A DNA stretch of 64,000 nt from Dehalococcoidia bacterium (GTDB lineage Bacteria; Chloroflexota; Dehalococcoidia; UBA2979). Below the pieces are notes generated by a model that did not search any database, was not told where the DNA came from, and saw only the letters and a list, made by a program, of their open reading frames with translations. Positions 40,513 to 49,799 of this stretch are shown piece after piece (the stretch's first letter is position 1; every line of letters starts with the position of its first letter). The position numbers were made by a program, and so were the translations under genes. The stretch spans positions 416,001 to 480,000 of the forward strand of contig CAXXDN010000001.1 of the NCBI GenBank assembly GCA_963667465.2, read 5' to 3'.

Positions 40513-41583
40513 ATGAGCCCTTCGACCGAACGCTCGCCCACCCCGCTGCGCTACGCCGACGCCGGCGTCGACGTGCAGGCGGCCGAGGCCAGCCTCGGAG
40601 GCCTGCGCCGGATCGCCGGGCGCGCAAGCCGCCCCGAGGTGCTCGGCGGCGTCGGCGCCTTCGCCGGACTGTTCCGCCTCGGCGACGGCTACCGCGACCC
40701 GGTGCTTGTCGCCAGCGCCGACGGCGTCGGCACGAAGCTGCTGATTGCCGGAGCGCTCGGACGCTACGAAGGCGTCGGGCAGGACCTCGTCAACCACTGC
40801 GTCAACGACATCCTGACCGCGGGCGCGGAGCCGCTGTTCTTCCTCGACTACCTCGCGACTGCCGGTCTGTCGCAGGAGCGGAGGCTCGAACTCGTCGCCG
40901 GCATCGGCACGGCTTGCGAGGAGAACGGCGTGGCGCTGCTGGGCGGCGAGACCGCCGACATGCCGGACCTCTACTCGCCCGGCGACTACGACCTCGCCGG
41001 CTTCATCGTCGGCGTCGCCGAGCGCGAGGCGATCATCGACGGCTCCGCGATCGAGGAGGGTGACGTGCTGATCGCGCTGCCCTCGACGGGGCTGCAGACG
41101 AACGGCTACTCGCTCGTGCGCGAGATCTTCGGCGTCGCCAAGGGCGGCGGCGGGGAACGCGACCGCGAGCTGCTGGACGAGTACGTCGGAGCGCTCGGCG
41201 GCACGCTCGGCGACGCGCTGCTGGCTGTGCACGGCTCCTTCCTCGAGGTCGTGCGGCCGCTGCTGCCGCGCCTGCACGGCATCGCGCACATCACCGGCGG
41301 CGGACTGCCGGGCAACGTGCCGCGGATGCTGCCCGCGGGCCTGCGCGCGCACATCGACGCCGCGAGCTGGACGCCACCACCGCTCTTCGCGCACATCCAG
41401 CGCGCGGGCGGCATCGAGGACGGCGAGATGTTCCGCACGTTCAACATGGGTATTGGCATTGTGCTCGTCGCGTCGCCCCCGGACGCGGCGGCCGTGCTGG
41501 AGGCGGCGCCGGGCAGCTGGCGCTGCGGCGGCGTCGAGCGCCGCGCCGAGGGCGCGCCGGCCGTCGCCGGGCTACCTGAGTAG
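40513..41583 (+). CDS. purM: phosphoribosylformylglycinamidine cyclo-ligase
   Basis: YADAGVD, DGVGTK, PLFFLDY, GGETA, HITGGG, FNMGIG. Confidence 0.95.
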   Translation: MSPSTERSPTPLRYADAGVDVQAAEASLGGLRRIAGRASRPEVLGGVGAFAGLFRLGDGYRDPVLVASADGVGTKLLIAGALGRYEGVGQDLVNHCVNDILTAGAEPLFFLDYLATAGLSQERRLELVAGIGTACEENGVALLGGETADMPDLYSPGDYDLAGFIVGVAEREAIIDGSAIEEGDVLIALPSTGLQTNGYSLVREIFGVAKGGGGERDRELLDEYVGALGGTLGDALLAVHGSFLEVVRPLLPRLHGIAHITGGGLPGNVPRMLPAGLRAHIDAASWTPPPLFAHIQRAGGIEDGEMFRTFNMGIGIVLVASPPDAAAVLEAAPGSWRCGGVERRAEGAPAVAGLPE

Positions 41584-41594
41584 GGGGAGACACG

Positions 41595-43154
41595 ATGCGC
41601 GCGATCCTGAGCGCCTACGACAAGACCGGCATCGCCGAACTGGCGAAAGGCTTGCACGACCTCGGCTGGGAACTGTTCTCGACCGGCCGCACGCAGGCCG
41701 CGATCGCCGAGGCGGGTGTACCCGTCGAAAGCATCGCCACGATGACGGGCAGTCCCGAGCTGCTCGAGGGGCGTGTGAAGACGCTGCACCCGAAGGTGCA
41801 CGGTGGCCTGCTCGCGCGCCGCGACCGCGAGGACGACGCAGCCGAGCTGGCGAAGCACGGCATCGAGCCTGTCGATCTCGTCGCGGTGAACCTCTATCCG
41901 TTCATCGAGACCGTCAGCGGCACGGACGTGAGCCTCGCCGAGGCGCTCGAGGAGATCGACATCGGCGGCCCGACCATGATCCGCGCCGCCGCCAAGAACC
42001 ACCCATGGGTCATTCCGGTCGTCGATCCTTCCGACTACTCGATGATCCTCGAGGCGTTGCGCGCGGGTGGGCTCGACGCCGGAGCGCGGCGCGCGCTGGC
42101 GGCCAGGGCGTTCGCGCACGTCGCCCACTACGACGCCGCGATCGCCGAGTACCTGCGAGGCGAGGACGACCTGCTGCCGGAGCAGTTGACGGCGGGCCTG
42201 ACGCGCGTCGACGAGCTGCGCTACGGCGAGAACCCGCACCAGCGCGGCGCCTTCTACACCCTCGACTCCGTGCGCGCGCCCGTCGAGGGCATCGGCGGCT
42301 TCGAGCAGCACCACGGCAAGGGGCTTTCGTACGTCAACCTGCTCGACGCGGACGCCGCCTACAACCTGGTGGCGGAGTGTCCGCAGCCCGCGGTGGCGAT
42401 CATCAAGCACACCAACCCCTGCTGCTTCGCCGCCGGCGACGAGCCGATCGCCGCGCTCTATGAGCGCGCTCTGCAGGCGGGCGACGCGATCTCCGCCTAC
42501 GGCGGTATCGTCGCCAGCAACCGCCCGATCGACCTCTCCTACGCGACGGCGCTGCGCGACGTGCTCAGCCCGATCACCGGCGGGCGCATGTTCTTCGAGA
42601 TCGTGATCGCGCCCGGCCACGAGCCGGACGGCCTCGCGCACCTGCAAAAGAAGTCCCGTGACCTGCGCATTCTCACCGTCCCTGCGGGCGACCCGCGCCG
42701 CCCTCGCCTCGAGTTCCGCTCGCTGCGCGGGGGGATGCTGGTCCAGCAATCCGATCTCTCGGAGGAGCTGGACTTCGAGGTCGTTAGCGAGCGGCAGCCG
42801 AGCGAGGCCGAGCTGGCCGACCTGCGGCTCGCCTGGCTTGTCGGCAAGCACGTGAAGTCCAACGCGATCACGCTCGTCAAGGACGGTGTGCTCGTCGGCA
42901 TGGGCGCGGGCCAGCCGAACCGCGTCGAGAGCGCGCGCCTGGCCGTACGCGGTGCGGGCGAGCACACCGCCGGTGCGGCGCTCGCCTCGGACGCGTTCTT
43001 CCCGTTCCCCGACTCGCTCGAGGTCGCCGGCGAGGCCGGCGTCACGACGGCGGCGCACCCGGGCGGCTCGATCCGCGACGAGGACTCGATCGCCGCGGCG
43101 AACGCGCTGGGCATGACCCTCGTCACCACCGGAGCCCGCCACTTCCGCCACTAG
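41595..43154 (+). CDS. purH: bifunctional AICAR formyltransferase/IMP cyclohydrolase
   Basis: GRVKTLHP, IDIGGP, LRYGENPHQ, KHVKSNAI, SDAFFPF, RHFRH. Confidence 0.96.
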   Translation: MRAILSAYDKTGIAELAKGLHDLGWELFSTGRTQAAIAEAGVPVESIATMTGSPELLEGRVKTLHPKVHGGLLARRDREDDAAELAKHGIEPVDLVAVNLYPFIETVSGTDVSLAEALEEIDIGGPTMIRAAAKNHPWVIPVVDPSDYSMILEALRAGGLDAGARRALAARAFAHVAHYDAAIAEYLRGEDDLLPEQLTAGLTRVDELRYGENPHQRGAFYTLDSVRAPVEGIGGFEQHHGKGLSYVNLLDADAAYNLVAECPQPAVAIIKHTNPCCFAAGDEPIAALYERALQAGDAISAYGGIVASNRPIDLSYATALRDVLSPITGGRMFFEIVIAPGHEPDGLAHLQKKSRDLRILTVPAGDPRRPRLEFRSLRGGMLVQQSDLSEELDFEVVSERQPSEAELADLRLAWLVGKHVKSNAITLVKDGVLVGMGAGQPNRVESARLAVRGAGEHTAGAALASDAFFPFPDSLEVAGEAGVTTAAHPGGSIRDEDSIAAANALGMTLVTTGARHFRH

Positions 43155-43176
43155 TTCCGGCCGAGCTGCCTCGACA

Positions 43177-43332
43177 GGCCCCCTCCCTCCTCGGAAGTTT
43201 CGAGGGCGCAGCGACGTCGGGGGGCACTCCGGCCCCCTCTCCCCTCGGAAGTTTCGAGGGCGCAGCGACGTCGGGGGGCAATCCGGCCCCCTCTCCCCTC
43301 GGAAGTTTCGAGTGCGCAGCGACGTCGGGGGG
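43177..43332. repeat. three tandem 54-bp palindromic (REP/BIME-like) units, third interrupted by IS110
   Basis: units start at 43177, 43231, 43285; internal hairpin CCCTCG...CGAGGG; unit 3 resumes (GGGCAATCC) at ~44838. Confidence 0.9.
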
Positions 43333-43390
43333 TGTCCCCATCTTCTTCGTCAAGGGTCGCGGGCCGGTGACGGTGGGCAAGGGGAGGCCA

Positions 43391-44605
43391 TCAGGCGGCC
43401 ACGGGCTCGTGTTGCGGGCCCGCGGCCTGGTACGCACGGCGCGAGCGAAGCATGGCGAGGATCACGTCGCAGCGCCGGCGCGCGAGGCAGATGACGGCCG
43501 CGTTGTGCGCCTTCCCCTCGGCCCGCTTGCGGTCGTAGAACGCCCTCGAGGCAGGGTCGCGCAGCGAGGCGAAGGCAGCGAGGAACATCGCGTTCTTGAG
43601 CCGGTGGTTGCCACGCCGGCTGCGGCCCTCGCCGCGGAGGCTGGAGCCGGACTGACGGGTCACGGGCGCGAGTCCGGCGTAGCTGGCGAGTCTCGATCCG
43701 TTTGCAAAGCGGGACCCGTCGCCGATCTCAGCGAGGATCCTCGACCCGGTCCGCGGACCGATGCCCGGAAGCGTGCCGAGGATGCGCCCGAAAGGGTGCG
43801 CGTTGAAGAGCTCCGCGATCTCGGTCTCGAGCCGCTCGCGGCGCTCAAACATGCGGTCGAGTTCGACGACTACCTCGGCGATCACGCGCCCCATCACGGT
43901 CTCGACGGGCACGACGACGGTCTGCGCGTCGAGCGCTTCGGCTACAGCTGCGGCAAGGGCCCTGGCGAGGCGCGGGGAGCGCTTCCGGATGATGCGGGCG
44001 ATGCGGCCGCGGCCGGCCTGGGCCAGCGCTTCGGGCACGGGGTGGGGGGCGAGAAGGTCGCGGACACCCGGATGGTGCAGCCTGGGGCCGAGAACGCGCT
44101 CCAGGGCCGGGGAAACACCCGTCAGTGCGTCACGAAGCCGGTTCGAGAGCCGTGTGGCGTCGGCCGCAAGGTCGGCGTCGTAGCCGTTGAGGACGCGCAA
44201 CTGCGCGAGCAGCTCGTCGTCGCGGGCGTCGAGCCAGTGCACCTGGTGGCGCCGGGTGCGGCCGGTGTCGGCGAGCACGAAGGCGTCGCGGCGGTCGGTC
44301 TTGGCCTCGCCCGGGTAGAGGTCGGCGGCGCGGCGCATCACCAGTCCGGGCACGTAGGCAACGGGAACGCCCCGGCGAGCGGCGACCGCGAGCACGAGGC
44401 TCGCGAGCGAGCCGGGCTGATCCACGACCAGTGCCGGGCTGCCGGTCGACGTCGCGCGGTCGAGCAGGGCCTCGATCTCCGCCTCGTCGTTGGCGACGGC
44501 TCTGGAGAAGAGCGGCGAGCCCGCGGCGTCGAGCACGTCGGCAAAGTGCTCCGCCTTCCCGATGTCGAGGCCGATCCACACGTCGATGTCGTCGGGCGTA
44601 CCCAC
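43391..44605 (-). CDS. IS110-family transposase/recombinase
   Basis: GLDIGK, VVDQP, KTDRRDA, PGIG, GLAPVTRQSGSS; GAAGGGAG RBS before GTG 44605. Confidence 0.95.
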   Translation of the reverse strand: MGTPDDIDVWIGLDIGKAEHFADVLDAAGSPLFSRAVANDEAEIEALLDRATSTGSPALVVDQPGSLASLVLAVAARRGVPVAYVPGLVMRRAADLYPGEAKTDRRDAFVLADTGRTRRHQVHWLDARDDELLAQLRVLNGYDADLAADATRLSNRLRDALTGVSPALERVLGPRLHHPGVRDLLAPHPVPEALAQAGRGRIARIIRKRSPRLARALAAAVAEALDAQTVVVPVETVMGRVIAEVVVELDRMFERRERLETEIAELFNAHPFGRILGTLPGIGPRTGSRILAEIGDGSRFANGSRLASYAGLAPVTRQSGSSLRGEGRSRRGNHRLKNAMFLAAFASLRDPASRAFYDRKRAEGKAHNAAVICLARRRCDVILAMLRSRRAYQAAGPQHEPVAA

Positions 44606-44639
44606 TGTGGCTCCCTTCGGTTGCTCGCCCACTCGTCCG

Positions 44640-44820
44640 GAAGGCCGCAGGTACGCTCGCCGTCATCCACCTTACGAATCAGCGATCCGCCGCATGTCCC
44701 CATCAGAGGTTCACGCACCGAACAGCGCCGGTGGCAACACCCCCCAGGCCGTCGAGCGACAGGGGGCACTGAGCCATGCCGGCGCTGCCGGACTTCCCGG
44801 TCTCAGACGCTACTGAGGCC
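44640..44820 (-). ncRNA. putative IS110 bridge RNA
   Basis: segments matching target (44762-44770, 44740-44745) and donor ends (44694-44701, 44670-44675) in the expected order; ends approximate. Confidence 0.7.
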
Positions 44821-44846
44821 GTACGGAGAAAGTAAGGGGGCAATCC

Positions 44847-44888
44847 GGCCCCCTCCGCCCTCGCGGGGGAGGGCGGGGGTGAGGGGGC
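44847..44888. repeat. REP-like GC palindrome
   Basis: GGCCCCCTCCGCCCTC-GCGGGG-GAGGGCGGGGGTGAGGGGGC; shares its start with the 54-bp units. Confidence 0.6.
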
Positions 44889-44962
44889 GCCGCGCGGCAG
44901 CGCGGCCAGCGAGGAGCACCGGTTGCCCCGAACGCGTCATAACCCGCTACGATTGGCGCACG

Positions 44963-45715
44963 ATGGCGAACGTCGACCTTGTGCTGCCGGTCTACAACGA
45001 GGAGCTGATCCTCGCGCAGAGCGTCGCGCGCGTTCTCGAATGGACAAACGCGCACCCGGAGCACGAGTGGCGGATCGTCGTCGCCGACAACGCCTCGACG
45101 GACCGAACCTTCCAGATCGCACGCGAGCTGGAGGAGGAGCGCGGCGACGGAGGCGGCGGAGGCTTCGTCGCACTGCACATCCCGGTCAAGGGGCGCGGCA
45201 TCGCGCTGCGTGTCAGCTGGCTGACCTCGCCGGCCGACGTGCTGGCCTACATGGATGTCGATCTCTCGACGGACCTGAAGCACCTGCCGGAGCTGATCGA
45301 CCCGATCGCCGCGGGCGAGGTGGACATCAGCTACGGGACGCGGCTGCACGACGACTCGGAGACGGAGCGCTCGCTGCGCCGCGAGTTCACCTCGAGGACC
45401 TACGTGCAGATCCTGCGGCGGCTGGGGCGGCTCAACGTCACCGATGCGCAGTGCGGGTTCAAGGCGATCGGCCGCGAGCCCGCGCGGGCGCTGCTGCCGC
45501 TGGTGCGCGACACGGGCTGGTTCTTCGACTCCGAGCTGCTGCTGCTGGCGCAGGAGAACGGCTATCGCCTGCGCGAGGTGCCCGTGCGCTGGATCGAGGA
45601 TCGCGACAGCCGCGTCAAGATCCTGCACACGGCGATCGAGGACCTCAAGGGACTGTGGCGGCTGCGCATCGGCGGGGTGCCGCGGGTGCCGCAGCGCGGC
45701 GGCGGCGGCGGCTGA
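44963..45715 (+). CDS. GT2 glycosyltransferase (polyprenol-phosphate glycosyltransferase-like)
   Basis: VLPVYNEE, DNASTD, YMDVDLS, DAQCGFK, WFFDSELL. Confidence 0.88.
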   Translation: MANVDLVLPVYNEELILAQSVARVLEWTNAHPEHEWRIVVADNASTDRTFQIARELEEERGDGGGGGFVALHIPVKGRGIALRVSWLTSPADVLAYMDVDLSTDLKHLPELIDPIAAGEVDISYGTRLHDDSETERSLRREFTSRTYVQILRRLGRLNVTDAQCGFKAIGREPARALLPLVRDTGWFFDSELLLLAQENGYRLREVPVRWIEDRDSRVKILHTAIEDLKGLWRLRIGGVPRVPQRGGGGG

Positions 45716-45780
45716 GTGCGGAACCGGGGCCGCCGCGTCCGGATCCGGCGCATTCCGGGCCCTCGCGGACGCTCGAATCC

Positions 45781-45810
45781 TTGACCGTAGGAAAGGGGCG
45801 TCGCTAGGAT
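45781..45810 (+). promoter_or_regulatory. sigma70-type promoter of the cytochrome operon
   Basis: TTGACC-18 bp-TAGGAT. Confidence 0.55.
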
Positions 45811-45885
45811 CGCGGCGCCTGGGAGTGGGGCTGCTGGCCTCGCTGAGGCGGCTGCTTGCCTCGGGCAGCGAAAGAGGGGCGCTCC

Positions 45886-45993
45886 ATGATCTTCGGTGAA
45901 GTCGGAGAGGCGCTTGAACTCACCATCATCTTCGTTCTGATGATGGGAGCCTTCGCAACGCTCGTGCTGCTCGGCAAGTGGTGGGAAGCCTAG
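45886..45993 (+). CDS. 35-aa single-TM microprotein, candidate small subunit of the Rieske/cyt b complex
   Basis: MIFGEVGEALELTIIFVLMMGAFATLVLLGKWWEA; AGAGGGG RBS; first ORF after promoter. Confidence 0.65.
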   Translation: MIFGEVGEALELTIIFVLMMGAFATLVLLGKWWEA

Positions 45994-46041
45994 AGACGGC
46001 TACAACCATCGGCTCGCGCGTGAGCTGATCGGGGGGAGCGG

Positions 46042-46797
46042 ATGGCGACGACTGAGCGCCCGCAGGGCCGACCGCTTGCTGATCGGCTGTACGACTTCAC
46101 CGTCAACAACCGCGTCTGGCGTTCGATCATCCGCACCGGCTACCCGAACACGCCGCGTAACCAGATGCTCGCCGTCGCCACGAACGTCTTCCTGCACCTG
46201 CACCCGACGCGCATCCACCGCACCCACGTCAAGATCACGCACACCTACTGCCTCGGCGGGCTCTCCTTCTTCCTCTTCCTCGGGCTGACGATCACCGGCG
46301 TGCTGCTGATGTTCTATTACGTGCCCTCGGTCGAGCGGGCCTACCAGGACATGCAGGCGCTGCAGACGGACGTGCGCTTCGGGATGCTGATGCGCAACAC
46401 GCACCGCTGGATGGCGCATGGCATGGTGATCACCGTGCTGATGCACATGATGAGGGTCTTCTACACCGGCGCGTACAAGCCGCCTCGCGAGTTCAACTGG
46501 ATCGTCGGCGTCGTGCTGCTCGTGCTCACGCTGCTGCTCTCCTTCACCGGCTACCTGCTGCCGTGGGATGAGCTGGCCTTCTGGGCGATTACCGTCGGCA
46601 CGAACATGATCGGCTCCGACCCGATCCTCGGCGAGGTCAACCAGTTCGTCATGATCGGCGGCTTCGAGGTCGGCCAGAACGCCCTCATCCGCTTCTACAC
46701 CCTCCATGTGGTAGGACTGCCGCTGCTGGCGGCGATCTTCATGGCCGTGCACTTCTGGCGAATCCGCCGTGACGGCGGGCTCGCCCGGCCGCTCTAG
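46042..46797 (+). CDS. cytochrome b6-type subunit
   Basis: YCLGGLS (heme ci Cys position), HRW, HMMRVF, GYLLPW, RFYTLH, VHFW. Confidence 0.92.
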   Translation: MATTERPQGRPLADRLYDFTVNNRVWRSIIRTGYPNTPRNQMLAVATNVFLHLHPTRIHRTHVKITHTYCLGGLSFFLFLGLTITGVLLMFYYVPSVERAYQDMQALQTDVRFGMLMRNTHRWMAHGMVITVLMHMMRVFYTGAYKPPREFNWIVGVVLLVLTLLLSFTGYLLPWDELAFWAITVGTNMIGSDPILGEVNQFVMIGGFEVGQNALIRFYTLHVVGLPLLAAIFMAVHFWRIRRDGGLARPL

Positions 46798-46836
46798 GCG
46801 CCGGGCGCAGACGCGCGGAGAGGCGAAGGAACGCCG

Positions 46837-47772
46837 ATGGTCGCCGACGCTCCTGCTCGCGGTCCCTCGAGGTCGCGTGGCGCCGTACCCAGCTCACGCC
46901 CGCGCCGCCAGCGCGAGGAAGAGCTGCTGGTCTGGCCCGACCTCGTCTTCGTCGAGTTCATCTCGGCGCTGGTCTTCACGCTCACGTTCGTCGCGCTCGC
47001 GATCCTCATCAACGCGCCGCTGCAGGACCGCGCAAACCCGGCCAACACGCCGAACCCCTCGAAGGCGCCGTGGTACTTCCTGAACCTGCAGGAGCTGCTG
47101 TTGCACATGCATCCGGCGCTGGCCGGAGTGATCGTGCCCACGATCTTCCTGATCATCCTCGGCGCCTTGCCCTTCTTCGACACCTCGAACGAGGGCCAGG
47201 GGCAGTGGCTGAGCACGCCGCGCGCCTGGCCGAACGTGATCGTCGGCTTCATCGTCGGCACGGTCGGCACCTGGGCGCTGATCATCTACAACTCGAGCAA
47301 GCACATCGTCGTCTACGAGCGCTTCACCTTCGATGCCGACAGCTTCGACAACTTCCCGCCGCTGATCGTCGACGAGCGGCTGCGCGAGTGGCCGGAGGCC
47401 CTGGGCTGGCTGACGAGCGTTCGCGCACTGCAGACGGAGATCGCCTGGCCGAGCGAGCTGGAGACGATCCCCCTCGGCGAGACGTTCGTCCGCACGGACT
47501 TGCTCGGATTGCCGCGCGGCAGCATCCAGTGGAACTTCCCGGCCTGGATCGTCGAGCAGGCGATCCCGATCAACCTGATGGTGGGGCTGCCGCTGTTGCT
47601 CTGTTTCGTCGCCTGGCGGCTCGGGCTGGCGAAGACGCGGCGCGACTTCATGATCCTGATGTTCTCCGGCTGGCTGGGCTCCTACCTGGCGCTCACGATG
47701 GCCGGGACGTACTTCCGCGGCGAGGGCCTCGAACTGCTCTGGCCGTGGGAAGTCCGGCCGGCCGAGTCCTAG
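46837..47772 (+). CDS. cytochrome b6 subunit IV-like protein, extended
   Basis: VWPDL, ANPANTPNPSKAPWYF (PEWY-equivalent), extra TM helices. Confidence 0.85.
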   Translation: MVADAPARGPSRSRGAVPSSRPRRQREEELLVWPDLVFVEFISALVFTLTFVALAILINAPLQDRANPANTPNPSKAPWYFLNLQELLLHMHPALAGVIVPTIFLIILGALPFFDTSNEGQGQWLSTPRAWPNVIVGFIVGTVGTWALIIYNSSKHIVVYERFTFDADSFDNFPPLIVDERLREWPEALGWLTSVRALQTEIAWPSELETIPLGETFVRTDLLGLPRGSIQWNFPAWIVEQAIPINLMVGLPLLLCFVAWRLGLAKTRRDFMILMFSGWLGSYLALTMAGTYFRGEGLELLWPWEVRPAES

Positions 47773-47794
47773 GCGGCGGACGAGGAGTGCTGCA

Positions 47795-48478
47795 GTGACG
47801 AACGAGGCGGAAAGCGGAGGCGCCGCGGTGCAGGACGCTCCCGACCCCGGGCAGGTAACGGATGCCTGGCGCGAGGCGATCGCCGCGCGCCGCACCCGCG
47901 CGCCCGAGGACGCGCCGGTCCCCGGCGCCCAGGCGCGCAGGCCGACCGGCCCCATCGCCTCGCGGCGCAACTTCATCCGCGCCTCCTTCTGGGGCGGCCT
48001 CGGACTGGCGTTGCTCGGCGTCGTCGGCTCGCTGCTGGACTTCATGTACCCGCGCGGGATCAAGGGCTTCGGTGGCCCGGTGCCCGCGGGCAACATCTCC
48101 GAGTTCCCCCAGGGCGGGGACCCGGTCCACTTCATCACCGGGCAGTTCTGGCTGGTAAACCTCGACCCGAGCGAGACGCGCCCGGGCGGCAGCGGAGGCG
48201 GCGAGGGACTGCTGGCGCTCTGGCACAAGTGCCCGCATCTCGGCTGCACGGTGCCGTGGCGCTCCGGCTTCACCTACGACAACGACCAGGGCTGGTACCG
48301 CTGCCCCTGCCACGGCTCCACCTACACCAAGTCCGGCATCCGTGTCTTCGGCCCGGCCCCGCGCTCGATGACCACGATGAAGGTGGACGTCGACGCAGCG
48401 GGCAACATCACCGTGCAGACCGGCGATCGCACGGACGGCGGTCCGGACAACCCGCAGCGCGCGGGCGCGAACTCCTGA
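47795..48478 (+). CDS. Rieske iron-sulfur subunit
   Basis: SRRNFI Tat motif plus TM; CPHLGC and CPCHGS boxes. Confidence 0.93.
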   Translation: MTNEAESGGAAVQDAPDPGQVTDAWREAIAARRTRAPEDAPVPGAQARRPTGPIASRRNFIRASFWGGLGLALLGVVGSLLDFMYPRGIKGFGGPVPAGNISEFPQGGDPVHFITGQFWLVNLDPSETRPGGSGGGEGLLALWHKCPHLGCTVPWRSGFTYDNDQGWYRCPCHGSTYTKSGIRVFGPAPRSMTTMKVDVDAAGNITVQTGDRTDGGPDNPQRAGANS

Positions 48479-48530
48479 TGCAGCGGGTGACGCAGCAGGC
48501 CGGCGGACCCTCTCGGGAAACTGAGGCGAG

Positions 48531-49583
48531 ATGAACACCAGCAAACAGGTCAACGTGATGATCGGGCTGCTGTTCGTGACCTTCGTCGTCACCGTCGGCT
48601 ACCTCTTCAACGAGGCCAACCGCCAGGAGGTCGAGTCCGCCGAGATCAACGAGCGCAACGCCCACCGCGGCGCGCGCCTCTTCGTGCAGAACTGCCGCAA
48701 CTGCCACGGCCTCGACGGATCGGGCAAGGACGCCGAGGGCAAGGGCACCATCGGCGTCGCGGTGAACGCCCCGCACTTCCTCATCCTCGGCGAGGACAAC
48801 GTCTACGGCGCCGCCGCCACCTCCGAGAGCGAGGCGGAGAACATCCGCAACTACCTGCGAGAAACCATCACCTGCGGTCGCGTGGGCACCTACATGCCGA
48901 AGTGGGACATCGATTTCGGCGGCTCGCTCTCGGCGACGCAGGTCGAGCAGCTCGTCACGCTGATCACCGGCGACCCCAGCGGCGAGCACGACTACTGGGA
49001 TCTCGTCCTCGAGGAGGGCGAGCACTCCGACGAGGAGCAGTTCGGCGCGGTCCTCGAGAAGGAACTCGGCCGCCACCCGACCGCCGCCGAGATCCACGCG
49101 CGGAGCGAGCAGGAGACGATCACCCGCGACGCGGCCACGATCACGATCACCACGGACAACTGTGGCCAGTTCTCCAACGACACGAAGCTCACGCGCCGCA
49201 CCCGTACCGACCCACGCACGGTCGTGGGCGCGGTCACGCCTGCCGGTGACGGCGGCGCGGCCACGGCCACGCCGGCCCCGACCGGCCCGACGGCGCCTCA
49301 GGGCGAGCAGCTCGTGAACGCCCTCGGTTGCGTCGCCTGCCACACGCTCGATGGCACCGAGCTGGTCGGCCCGACCTGGCTGGGCCTGTTCGGCCGCACG
49401 GAGCAGCTGGAAGGCGGCGGCAGCGTCGTGGTCGACGAGGCCTACCTCCGCGAGTCGATCGTGATGTCGCAGGCGAAGATCGTCCTCGGGTTCGCGGATG
49501 TTGCCGCAATGCCCGATTTCAGTAGCCTCACCGACCTCCAGCTTGAATCGATCATCCTTTACCTGAAGACGCTCGTTCCGTAG
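48531..49583 (+). CDS. membrane-anchored diheme cytochrome c
   Basis: N-terminal TM; CRNCH and CVACH; MP axial-ligand motifs. Confidence 0.9.
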   Translation: MNTSKQVNVMIGLLFVTFVVTVGYLFNEANRQEVESAEINERNAHRGARLFVQNCRNCHGLDGSGKDAEGKGTIGVAVNAPHFLILGEDNVYGAAATSESEAENIRNYLRETITCGRVGTYMPKWDIDFGGSLSATQVEQLVTLITGDPSGEHDYWDLVLEEGEHSDEEQFGAVLEKELGRHPTAAEIHARSEQETITRDAATITITTDNCGQFSNDTKLTRRTRTDPRTVVGAVTPAGDGGAATATPAPTGPTAPQGEQLVNALGCVACHTLDGTELVGPTWLGLFGRTEQLEGGGSVVVDEAYLRESIVMSQAKIVLGFADVAAMPDFSSLTDLQLESIILYLKTLVP

Positions 49584-49670
49584 GAGCGGCGCGGCGCCGC
49601 ACGAGGACAGCGACGGGCGAACCGGGCGAGAGAGACAGACTGGCGGGACGACCCGCCGAAGGGAGAAGAG

Positions 49671-49790
49671 ATGGCAGAAGTCGAAACGGGGAAGCGCTAC
49701 CGCTGCCCGGATTGCGGCGCGGAGTTCATCGTCACGCGCGGCGGCGAGGGCACCCTTCGCTGCGGCGACAACGAGCTCGAGCAGATCTAG
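49671..49790 (+). CDS. 39-aa desulforedoxin-like microprotein
   Basis: MAEVETGKRYRCPDCGAEFIVTRGGEGTLRCGDNELEQI; AAGGGAG RBS. Confidence 0.75.
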   Translation: MAEVETGKRYRCPDCGAEFIVTRGGEGTLRCGDNELEQI

Positions 49791-49799
49791 GAGCGCCCG

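Larger units (their letters stand above)
43333..44835 (-). mobile_element. IS110-family insertion sequence
   Basis: DEDD recombinase, no terminal inverted repeats, inserted in the G-run of the repeat, long upstream non-coding end. Confidence 0.9.

Noticed and set aside
43177-43332. 54-bp repeats as a CRISPR array
   Set aside because: Units are contiguous and near-identical with no unique spacers; no cas genes in the window
43123-43437. 104-aa ORF with 18-aa repeats
   Set aside because: Simply the translation of the 54-bp DNA repeat and the IS end
43367-45715. 782-aa ORF fusing the IS antisense strand to the glycosyltransferase
   Set aside because: The N-terminal part is the reverse strand of the transposase; the GT2 domain starts at ATG 44963
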